Positions 1-10,522 of a stretch of DNA of 38,925 nt are shown in pieces. Origin of the DNA: Catajapyx aquilonaris (lineage: Eukaryota); assembly GCA_000934665.2 (NCBI GenBank), contig KZ538953.1, positions 1 to 38,925 of the forward strand, given 5' to 3'. Made by a program: the position numbers and the translations under genes. Within the stretch, counting starts at the first letter, position 1, and each line of letters starts with the position of its first letter. Below the pieces are notes generated by a model. That model was not told the origin of the DNA. It did no database searches and saw only the letters and a program-made list of their open reading frames with translations.

Positions 1-160
1 GGGTCAAATTGATCGTCTTGGTCTATAGAACGTCTGTGCAAAGTGGCTTGCTTTCTGCAAGATTTTGCAGCATATTTTTGTGTACCGCTTCGACTATGGC
101 AGCCGCATCCATTTCACGTGTCAAAAGAGAGGGTACCTGCCGTGGATTTTCGATTGATTT

Positions 161-842
161 CAAGTCGATTATATAGCCTACAGTGGCCTTAAAGTGACAC
201 CTACAGGTATGGTTACACGTTGGGCGCCATTTGTTACAATACAAAATAGTCTCAGGTGCCATCTTTGACCATTAGAGTCGGTTTAGTCGGTTATATAGCA
301 TATAGGGGCCTAACCAAGACTTCAAGCGGTTGTATAGCCTATATGGACTTTAAAGTGACACCTACAGGTAGGGCTGTGCGATATTTCGATACATCGACTG
401 TCGACACGATATTTTCCTAATATCGAAGTTGCGATATCGGACGCTTGGCATGTACAATGTATCGAATATCGCGATTTGTCGATGTCAGTTTTCGATATTT
501 TTCGATGTCGGTTGGATGTCGGTTGGGTGTCGGTTTTCGATATTTTTCGATGTCGATTTTTCGAATTTCGATATATCGACTTCGATTCGATATTTTCTGA
601 GTATCGAGAGTCGATATATGCCATTTCGGATATCGCACAGCCCTACCTTCAGGTATTGTTACACGCTGGGCGCCATTTGTGACAATACAAACCAGTTCCA
701 GCTGCCATCTTTGGCAATTCGAATTGGTTTAGTCGGTTCTGTAGCCTCCAGGGGCCTTAAAGTGACAACACTTACAGGTATGGTTACACGCTGGGCGCCA
801 TTTGTGACAATACCTAACAGTTCCCATTGCCTTATTTGGTCA
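161..842. repeat. Degenerate tandem repeat, ~160-bp unit, 3 copies (second interrupted by a MITE)
   Basis: Motif TTAAAGTGACA..TACAGGTATGGTTACACG.TGGGCGCCATTTGT.ACAATAC recurs at ~189, ~350 (split by the 369-645 insertion) and ~757. Confidence 0.85.
369..645. mobile_element. hAT-like MITE, copy 1 (TAGGGCTG termini, CpG-rich internal repeats)
   Basis: 16-bp TIR TAGGGCTGTGCGATAT / ATATCGCACAGCCCTA. 8-bp TSD CCTACAGG (361-368) / CCTTCAGG (646-653). An empty site is present in the neighbouring repeat unit, and a second copy lies at 37248-37598. Confidence 0.9.
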
Positions 843-1869
843 TAATTAAACTTCCAAAAAAAAAACTTACGCCAAAATAGAACACACCCGTTTTATAATT
901 GAATGTGACGTTTATCCAGTGGGGGTTATTATCATCTGGGAGCCTTGGGACAGGAATTACGCTGCATTATCCCCGCAGCGAAGATTCCGATTAGATGAAA
1001 TCCCGGCCGCTTCCAAACTGCGCCTTTTCTCTCGACCTGAGAGAGAGTCACTATTCCTGGGGTAAAACCCTCCTCATACCCTACCTCCCCACCGTCTCCA
1101 CCCCCCCCCCCTTTGCGAATCGAGATAACTCCCGCGATTCCATTGTCTGCATGATATATGCGACAGTTCCAGCAGAAAGAGCTGGATTCTTGCACCCAAT
1201 CCTAAAATATCGTTCAGTTTGCCGGTGTCAAAAAGTTTTTCAAGGATGGAGGAAAAACCGTGGAAAAACTGGTTTTTAGATGTTTTCTAATCATATGGTG
1301 AATAGGAAATCGAAATGGTTGTAAAGATGTAAAATTTAATTGGGGAAATAAATTATCGTATTAAGGCAACCATAAACTGTAATAACTAATATTAAACGCA
1401 TATAATGCCAAATAACGAGCCAAAATCCGGTATTAACTTTATCTGAAACCCAATAAATTTTTTGCTAATTTTATATCTAATTCGCCTAAGTCCACACTTT
1501 TTTTTACCAATTATGAAAGTAAGCTGGTCTCATTTCAGCGATTTTTACACCCCGCGTGAATTTTTCACGCTGAAAAATTCGCTTCTAAAAAAAACACCTT
1601 TTAATGCCTGGCGAGAAAATTGTGCTGATGATGTGTCCTGAGAAAAGTAAATTAATTGCCTCATTAAACCATGCGTCATCCCAGATGGGGCAGAAAAAAT
1701 CGGCTCTTGCAACCAGATTTGAAATATGGATTATCGGGCTAGGGGGTTGGGGGGAGAGGAGGATGGGAGGGGATGGGAGGGGATGTAGTCTCATGCAAGG
1801 GGAGCAGACGATGCAATAATATTCTGTCAGTTGTTACGAAAAGAACCCCCCACTTTACCTCCCTCTGGC

Positions 1870-2885
1870 GTCGTGGGGTGTGGACGATTTATGGCGTGAC
1901 CGTTAACGGCAAGTTCTCCAACAGGTCTGGCCGCCATTTTTGAATATCACTTCGGTATCGGACAAACAATCGTTGTTTGGTGGACTTCTAAGCAATAACC
2001 TAGTTTTCTGCCAGTACCTTCTGGTACTAACGGTATTCCAATACCTTCTGATGTAAACGGTACATCGGTATACCTTTTAGTTAAAGCGGTACGCCGTCAG
2101 GACTAGGGGTGGACGATTTATGGCGTGACGTTAGCGGCAAATTTTCGAACAGGTCTGGTTGCCATACGAGCCATACGTATTTAAGCCATAAGTATTTGAG
2201 TCCCAATTCGGTATCGGTTAAACAATCGTTGTTTGATAGATTCTCAACGAAGAACCGAATTTTTTGAATGTACCTTCTGGTACTACTAGTATCCAAGTAC
2301 CTTTTGATGTAAACGGTACCTCAGTATTCCTTTTAGTGTAAGCGTACGTCGCGTCGTCCGGATAAGTTCTGGTGCCGAGACAAAGTGTTACGCAACAAAC
2401 AATTGTTGTTTTATGGGTTTTCAACCATGCACCGAATTATCTGCCAGTACATTATGGTACTATTGGTATTCCAGTACCTTATGATGTAAACAGTACCTCA
2501 GTATGCCTTTTAGTGTAAGCGTACGTGGTCCGATGTCGATGCAAAGGCGTTACATAAAAAACAATGGTTGTTTGAGGGATTTTCAACCAAGCAGAGACTT
2601 TTCTGTCAGTACCTTATGGTACTATAGGTATTCCAGTACCTTTTGATGTAAACAGTACCTCAGCATGCCTTATTATAGTGTCAGAGCTACACGGTCCGAT
2701 GCTTGACAAAGGCGTTACGTAACAAAAAATCGTAGTTTGATGGATTTTCAGCCAAGTTCCGAATTTTCTGCCAGTACCTTATGGTACTGTAGGTATTCCA
2801 GTACCTTTTGATGTAAACAATACCTCAGTATGCCTTTTAGTGTAAGAGGTACGTGGTCCGATGTCGAGACAAAGGTGTTGCGTAA
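1870..2885. repeat. Tandem repeat array, ~160-260-bp units, ~5 copies
   Basis: GTACCTT.TGGTACTA..GGTATTCCAGTACCTT.TGATGTAAAC.GTAC recurs near 2014, 2270, 2446, 2609 and 2774. GTGGACGATTTATGGCGTGAC occurs at ~1880 and ~2109. Confidence 0.9.
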
Positions 2886-3910
2886 CCATCGAGCTGATGC
2901 TCTTGATGATGACGTCTATTGTTGACTGTAACTTGACACTATCCTGCTCAAACCCAGACAAGTTGAGACCCACGCCAGAACGGGGTGTGCCAAACCCCTA
3001 GGGAAGTCATGTCCTTCACACAGTGCACAGGTAAGCAGCGGAAAGTGAGTCCTGTCCCCCGGTTATGTACATCTGCCCATCTCCCGTGACGAACAAGGGC
3101 TTTTGTCATCTTGGTACGCTAACAAGGGAGGAAGGGTCTTAACTCCTCAAGTCTAGGGGTACAAAATAGGGCATAATAATCGAGAAACACGCAAGCTTGG
3201 GGCGTTGCTGGTGTGAAAGGTGAGCCCCCTAAAGAGCTGTTAAAGTGGTTAGACCTAAGAGGCCCCTTCTCCTTTTCCAGGCCAAACTTTTCTTTATCGG
3301 TAGGTCGTAACACTCCAATTTATCCTGGCTGATAAATCGGAAACTGCTTGTGGTCCAGAGCAGATAAGGTCAGTGCATTGTCCAGGGTGCCGATTGAGGA
3401 CCAGTCTCCTAGAAGTCTATTGACTGGATAGAATCAGCACTCTGAAAGGGATTTTAAGTTAGTTTGCACAAAAAAAAATTCAACCAGCTGTTAAGTACGC
3501 CATGTTTTTTTTCGTAGAAAAAGCTTGGCAGCTCAAATATGGAGCGCTTTTTCTGCAGTTGACATTCCTGGCTCTGCATGCTTTCAGATTTGGACGCGGT
3601 TCTTCATAAATCACCGCCTTGGGCGAGGGTTAATCCCGCAACTTTGTCGATAACTGGAATCTTAGGCGGTTTTATAAGGTCTCGTCTTGGTCGTAAAGCC
3701 CGGCTTTAATCTGGGCTGGACTTCCTTTTTTTCATACCCATTGTCCTCTGTTTACTAGCGAAGATTATACCAACTTCTCTGAGAGCTTTTCTTAAGAAAA
3801 TTATGTTCACCCAGGTCGCGACTTTGAGCGTTCGACAAGCGCTTACAATTTCCATCTCGGTTCCAATTACACTGTCGGCATTACTACAAACTTTATGCCT
3901 GGTTTTATAG

Positions 3911-4093
3911 AAGTCTTATGCGGACTTGGACGCCACAAACTGTTATGACTGTCTGTATACGTATGCTCCTCCCATTGGACATCCGATGGGAGGAGCTCGA
4001 CTTTGTTTAAAATGTAGATATTATTTTGAAATATTGGCAAGGAAGAAACTTGCCCTACCATTAAATCAAAGTCAAATTTGCCTCAACATCAGG
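3911..4093 (+). CDS. Candidate internal exon (61 aa, CxxC...CxxC), product unknown
   Basis: TTTTATAG acceptor, AGG|GTATGT donor, 183 nt open in phase 0-0: KSYADLDATNCYDCLYTYAPPIGHPMGGARLCLKCRYYFEILARKKLALPLNQSQICLNIR. No homology recognised. Confidence 0.25.
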
Positions 4094-4118
4094 GTATGTC
4101 TCTTTCTCCTTCGTCCTT

Positions 4119-4188
4119 CTGCTAGTTCCTGCTAACTTAGCAGTGTCATTGCCAACTCTGGTACTGCTAAGTTAGCAGTAACTAGCAG
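4119..4188. repeat. 70-bp inverted repeat/hairpin
   Basis: Arms CTGCTAGTTCCTGCTAACTTAGCAGT and ACTGCTAAGTTAGCAGTAACTAGCAG match at 25/26 positions, with an 18-nt loop. Confidence 0.85.
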
Positions 4189-5859
4189 CGAGACAAAAAT
4201 TCCACCCAAGATCTTGAAACATCAAAATGAGGCAAGGAAAAAACGTGGCCAAGAACTTGCACTACCACAATAAAATGATAAAGTAAATTTATGACTTAAA
4301 TGAAAATAAAATTTACTTCCACAGCTTGGTAGGAAATGTTCCTGGCCATGTTTCTAGCATTTTATCTTTTCAAAATAATGTCTAGAAACATAGTAAAATT
4401 GGAAAAACCCACCTTTCAAGGTCACACCAGCTTCTCTTTTCTAAACTTCCTCCATGTTTCTTTTTCCATGATTCCAAGACAGGTTAATGGCATCGTGGAA
4501 AGGTGGCGAGGTTGGAGTTGGGAATGTTTGCGTGCTGGAAAGGCAAAGCAGGAAAGGTGGGAAAAAGAAGAGGAATGGAATTGGATGAGGGAGAAAGTAG
4601 GGGAAGGCGGTGTTGGCAAACTTCCCTTTCGAACCCGCCCTAAATCCGCATCTCGATCAAGAGAGGGGGCTAATTCAATTCCCAGATGCCGGCGGCAGTG
4701 ATTTCAGCTTCATTCCATGGGTGGGGAGTAGGGAGAAGCGGGGAGGAATGGATACATAAACACCTCGCCAGGAACCGATATGGCCCGGATTTCAAGCTCG
4801 GAATCGCGCCTTTTCATCGCGATGGCGCCCAGGATTTTCTGTGGTGAGAGAGCTCCCGGACTTTCATTTCTAAATGTGGAGAAGGCCCGGAAACAATTCC
4901 AGAGCCTGGTTTTATACCGTGTGTTTGAAGGCGATTTCATGTCGGTAGGATGATGTGGAAGTTTTGGAAGCGAAAATTGTGGAAAAAGCTGTGGCCCTCG
5001 AGCGAAACACTTAGCATATTGAAAAATATGGAGTAGACCACTTGCAGGATCCCATACTTATACTGAAGCTTAGAAAATGGCGCTGACAGTAATGAGTTAC
5101 TCGTATCTACGAAACAGGTGCTCAGAACACATTCCAACATTGCATAAACTTATATCAGTGTCCCACATACTTTGATAAGAGCTGGTCTGACCCCGAACCG
5201 AAGGGACCAAGGAAACAATAAAGTCTTTATGCATGGGGATCAGAAGCGCAACCACAGATCGCAAGAGGCTTCGCTAACGCTGGCTTTTATGAGGATTTTT
5301 ACGAGTCCTTTCCTTCCGTGATGTGCAAACCGCGTGTTTCCATGGGAACGACCTCTGAGAGGCCACTTTGGAACAAGTTGGAAGCAGTTGCGAGATGGTT
5401 ACAGGTTGTTTAGGCCTAATGCTGAGGGGGGCCTAAGTAAGCGTGTACTATTCTTTTACAGGACCCGATGGAGAAGATTCTTGCCCAAAGGTGCTGGGCA
5501 GTCAAGCATTGTTGGAATATAAGAGATTCTGACAATTCTAACAAGATTTTCACTTAACAAGCTCCTTACATAATTCAGAAAATTTATATCTTCAATACGT
5601 ATAACCAAACACCCCAAACGCACTGAAAATACAAGAGCTGCTTCCACACGAGAGCGCGAAACGCAGCGAGAGCATTTCTTCACTACGCGCGCAATTCGAA
5701 CTTAAGCATCGTTAGAACTCCGTATAAAAATTCTCTCGAATTCAGCGTTCGAAATCTGGAGCGTTCGATGTAGGAGGTTCCTCTGTATTGGAATTTTTAA
5801 TATAATTTTCACATGAAATTGAAATTTTGGAGGAGTCAACTTTTCCACCTTTTTTTTTT

Positions 5860-6465
5860 TAATGACATTTTTTTAATTTTAAAATTCTAGTCCTGGTCGA
5901 AAAAAATTCCTACATTTTGGAGAAATATGTGAAATGTGATGAGACATCATTTTTTAAATTAAAAAATTAAAAAAAATTGTTGAAAAATTCATTCATTCAG
6001 TCATTCATTTCCTTCACGGCATCCCCGGGGGTTACCATCGATGAAAAATACTGTACATAAAATGGTCAACATTTTTTGGAAAAATTAAATTGCCATATTC
6101 GTGGTCAAATGACATTTTCCCAATTTTTGGAACAATTTTCTTATTCTTGGTCACCTAATTTTCCTATATTTTTGGAGAAATATTACAAATGTGATGAGAC
6201 GTCATATTTTAAATTTAAAAATTAAAATTTTGTTGAAAAATACTGTACATAAAATGGTCCGCATTTTTCTGAAATATTAATTTCCATATTCTTGGTCAAA
6301 TGACATTTTTCCCATTTTTTGGAACAATTTTCTTATTCTTGGTCACAATTTTCCTATATTTTGAAAAAAATAGTAGAAATGTGATGACTGATGAGACATT
6401 ATTTTTCAAATATTGAAACTTGACGATTTTGTGGGAAAATACTGTAACATAGTCCACATTTTTTT
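5860..6465. repeat. AT-rich degenerate tandem repeat, ~190-250-bp units, ~3 copies
   Basis: AAATGTGATGA at ~5933, 6188 and 6377; AATACTGTACATAAAATGGTC at ~6047 and 6239; GGTCAAATGACATTTT appears twice. Confidence 0.8.
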
Positions 6466-7764
6466 TGGAAGTGAAATTTTATCACTTATTGGAAAAGGTC
6501 GTGTCCGTAACCTCACATGAAATACTGGTTTTCCAAATCATGAAATCCCATGAAATACCAGTATTCCAAATTTTTGCAGAAATTAATAAAAATGTGAGTG
6601 AGCAATATTTTGAAAATATTATTCTACGTTTCAGTTCAGATTTATATTCAGATGATATGACTCAAAAATTTATGCCATTAGACGCCTTTTTCCACTCATA
6701 ATCAGCTCACGTTTATATTACGATTCAAGTTTTTCTTAAAAGCTGCTTTTTGTCCGGAAATTCAAATCAGGCATTCAAACCATTAAAAATTTAAAGGCGC
6801 TTTGCTCGTTTTTCAGAGTCGACAAGTAAATGCTTTTTTTCCCAGTCACAAAAATGTTTTTCTTGTATCAGAACGGGGAGTAGGCAAAAAAAAAAGCTTT
6901 TGACCCAACTCCATTTTCCTTGCAGGGAGGAATCCTTATCCTTCCCATATTCCAGTCTGTCAAATAAATTTTCTTCGTTCTTTGACAAGAACCAGGAAGG
7001 GTTTTGGCTGAATGTTTTAAAAAAAACGGACTTCCCCAGACGAGCCTGGAGTGTTGAGGACATGGTTGAGGAGAAAATTCTGGCAGGGCTAATTCCCTCC
7101 AGATAGCACCACCAGGCTAGTATTTGCATAGCAATTTGATTATTATCCAACTGGTACAATACCATGTCGCGTTTCATGCCCTTGTTAACCCCCTGCATTT
7201 AAACAACGTTTTAGTCATCACCAACATGGATGCTGATTCACACACCTCTGAACTAGGTCCGCCTTTAGGTTCGCAGAAACACCCACAAAGGGGCTGACGT
7301 TTGGGTCCTGGAGTTTCCCAGGAGACGAGGACAATGGAAGAAGTTGGAGACCAAACAGCAAAGCACACACACACAAAAAAATTTACCCAACTCCGTTTTG
7401 TAGTACAAGGTGAGCACAAAAGGAACATGGCCTCTGGAGGTGCTCCAGGGCTGGTTCACAATTAGAGCCTTGCCTGTAAATATAATGCTGAATGCCAAAT
7501 ACAGGAGACGCAGGTTGCCCTCTGGTGGCTGGCTCAACACTTAGTATTGACTAGGCTGCAGGAGTGGCCCATGGGAGGAATGAGCGTAATTAGAATTCTG
7601 GATAAGTCTAGTTCGCACTGTCGCCCCTGTTAACTTCAGGACACTAGTTAGAGCCTCTGAGGTCAACCTGTTCCTTTAGGTGCCTAGAGCTCATTGTGGT
7701 CAGAAACTGTCCTTATGGCCACCTTTCGCTTCTCATTGTTGTCACTTTCACCTCCTTATATGAC

Positions 7765-8072
7765 CACCATCACTCATTATAGCCATTTCCAGCTCATTAT
7801 GGCCAGCTTCAGCTCATTATGGACAACTTCCGCTCATTATGGCCAGATTCAGCTCATTATGGCCAGATTCAGCTCATTATGGCCAGCTTCAGCTCATCAT
7901 GGCCACATTCTGCTCATCATGGCCACATTCAGCTCATCATGGCCACATTCAGCTCATCATGGCCACATTCAGCTCATACGGACAGCTTCGGCTCATTATG
8001 GACAGCTTCGGCTCATTATGGACAGCTTCACATCCTTATTGCCACCTTCAGCTCATTATGGCCATATTCAGT
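7765..8072. repeat. 20-bp minisatellite (GGCCACATTCAGCTCATYAT), ~14 copies
   Basis: Exact 20-bp periodicity is visible from 7801. It explains the overlapping repetitive ORFs in all three + frames. Confidence 0.95.
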
Positions 8073-8129
8073 TCCTGGTGGTCACCCTGCTCCTTATGGT
8101 GTCCAGCTAAAGGTCAACCCATCTATAGC

Positions 8130-8269
8130 ATTAAAATTTTTCGTTATATGACCGAGGCTTCGGATTGGCCAGCGGTATATTGTTTAATCAACGCTTCTGA
8201 TTGGGCCCGGTCTGCGCCTGCGCAATGGGAGGAGACAGCGCCTCCGGTGGGTGGGAGGAATAACTAGTT
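8130..8269 (+). mobile_element. Solo copy of a dispersed ~150-bp repeat with a Helitron-like 3' end
   Basis: Reverse complement of the units at 13741-14585. Ends CCTCC-n8-GGAGG hairpin + AATAA + CTAG|T. Confidence 0.55.
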
Positions 8270-9188
8270 ACTTCTTAATGTGTTTTCTTCTGTGAGGTCC
8301 AGTGTCTGCACAGTCTTGCCAATCGGACATTGCGATCGCAAGTGTCCGCAGTTAGACAAAGGCGAGTCACGACTGTTGAAGAGGAGAAAGAGCACAATAA
8401 ACGCCATCCAAACGGCCCTTTTCTTGGGCGTCTTAAAGAAAATTGGAAGAGAACAAAGGCCTGTCTGTGGATTTTGTTGACTCCAGACCCATCGCCAATC
8501 TTTTGTTGGTAAGGTTTATAGATTATACAGAAATGAGGACACCCTGAATCTGCCAGAGGTGCTCTACTTTCAACTCACCAGATTTTTAACTGACATGCAG
8601 TATTTGGCCAATTGGTTACTGTTAGACGTGGGCACCAGAGTTTGGTCGTGTTTTTTTCTTCTGACATGGGAAGCAAGGCCCGATCGGCAGGAGAATGGAA
8701 GGTATTCACACCAGCGGCCTCTTTTCCAGCTTATTGGAATACCTCCTGAGGGATGGGCCATGGGGGTTGTGTCAGTTATCTGCCTTTTTTTCCTATCAGA
8801 CAAGAGATTTTTTTTTCGCCACCTCTTACCTCAACCGCTTTTCCTCTTGTTTTCCCGACGTTGATTCGACGGCTATTGAACTCTGTGGGGTATTAAAATT
8901 TTCGTTGCGAAGAGAATGCCGGAGGGTATGGTGTTAAAAAAAAACCTAATCGCCTCAGGAATTTATCAACTTATCAAGACGGTGTGGAGAGGTGGAAACC
9001 GAATATTCTGATGAACAATGAGAAACAGGCTCAGACAGGAATGAAACGTGTTTAAACTTGTTTATTCTTGTTCGAGCTTGCAGAAGAACGTGACACCTGA
9101 AAATCAGGGCAAAGAGTGGAACTTGCACAAAGACAAGCAGAAATTGGTAAGGTAAATCATGCTTCTGTAACAAACCAATGTTTCTGGG

Positions 9189-9440
9189 AACATTTCATGA
9201 ATTTCTGACTCATTCAGTGAACATTTCATGAATTTCTGACTCATTCAGTGAACATTTCATGAATTTCTGACTCATTCAGTGAACATTTCATGAATTTCTG
9301 ACTCATTCAGTGAACATTTCATGAATTTCTGACTCATTCAGTGAACATTTCATGAATTTTTGACTAGAACATGTCATGAATTTTTGACTAATTCAGTGAA
9401 CATGTCATGAATTTCTGATCAATTAAGTGGGACATTTCAT
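9189..9440. repeat. 31-bp minisatellite AACATTTCATGAATTTCTGACTCATTCAGTG
   Basis: Five perfect copies from 9189, then 2-3 degenerate copies. Confidence 0.95.
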
Positions 9441-9864
9441 GTATTCTTGCAGTGATCATTCAACGAATTTTGATCAATTCAGTGACCAACACGTCATTTC
9501 TTGACATTAAACAATCAATTTAATGAAATTTAATAAAAAAATTTTAAAAAATAATTTAATAATCATCATTAGCATGTTACTAAATTTCGTATATATCTAC
9601 CTCGATTTATTGGTGGATATTTAAATCGCATTATTAAAATGGACAAAATAAATTTTCGATGCTGAGCTAGATATTAAGGACATCTAGATTTTTTGTGTAT
9701 TAGTCAATCCTATTTAAATATCCACTAAGGAGATGACAATTATTAAATGTTACTATTTAATATAAGTTTTGAACGTCAATTTCTAAACAATTTGTTGTTT
9801 GGTTGTGTCCATACAGATTTACATAAAAATATATTTCTTCATGAGCATGCTCAGTTCTCATACA

Positions 9865-10312
9865 TCTTCAAACCTGATTGTACGTTATCAAACCTGTTCA
9901 ATCATGTTGAAACCTGCCTAAAATGGTTCAAACCTGTTTGTACTCGTTCAATGGTGTTCAAACCTGTTTGTACTCGTTCAGTGGTGTTCAAAGCTGACTA
10001 TACCTGTTTGTACTCGTTCAGTGGTGTTCAATGCTGCCTAAACCTGTTCAATCGTGTTCAAACCTGCCTGAACTCGTCTCATCTTGTTTGTACTCGGTCA
10101 AACTTGTTCGAATCTGCCCACACCTGTTCAATCATGTTCAAACCAGCCCAAACCTGCCCAAACCTGTCCAATCCTGTTCAAACCTACATGTACTGGTCCA
10201 ATCCTGTTCAAACCTGCCTGAACTTGTCCAATCCTGTTCAAACATGATTATACTCCTTCAAACATGTTTATACTCGTTCAAACCTGTTCGAACCTGCCTG
10301 AACTTGTTCAGA
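9865..10312. repeat. Degenerate 10-bp-based repeat (AACCTGTTCA) with 30/40-bp super-periods
   Basis: TGTTCA/AACCTG motifs stay in 10-bp register across ~450 bp. Confidence 0.9.
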
Positions 10313-10411
10313 ACTCCTTATCACTCCAATCTCCAACCCCTCACACATTATTGAACCAAGTCTCAACCCGTCTCAACCCCTATAATTCTCTCTTAATCAC
10401 AACCCATCGAG

Positions 10412-10522
10412 GCAGCGGTATTGGTAATTCCGTTGCTTATCTTACCCTCGTACCTTCTTCGAGGCTGGTACAGAAAACGACTGAGAGAAAAGAAAGACTT
10501 CGAAGAAGCTGAGAAGGAGATG
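10412..10522 (+). CDS. Candidate exon: hydrophobic segment followed by a basic/charged helix (membrane-protein-like)
   Basis: 111 nt open: AAVLVIPLLILPSYLLRGWYRKRLREKKDFEEAEKEM, followed by a GTACGA donor-like site. The acceptor is weak. Confidence 0.25.

Noticed and set aside
322..845. ORFs over the CpG-rich element (also 37283-37694)
   Set aside because: They lie within MITE internal repeats and show no transposase motifs.
5695..5787. Possible right end of a pogo/Tigger-like element (GTTCGATGTAGGAGGTTCCTCTG|TA)
   Set aside because: No matching left TIR was found in the window.
7694..8267. 110-142 aa ORFs
   Set aside because: They are open in all three frames only because of the 20-bp minisatellite.
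9189..9440. CRISPR-like array (31-bp repeats)
   Set aside because: The repeats are head-to-tail with no spacers, there are no cas genes, and the context is eukaryotic.
9747..10354. 166-aa ORF (longest in the window) and an overlapping ORF
   Set aside because: Translation of the degenerate AACCTGTTCA repeat.
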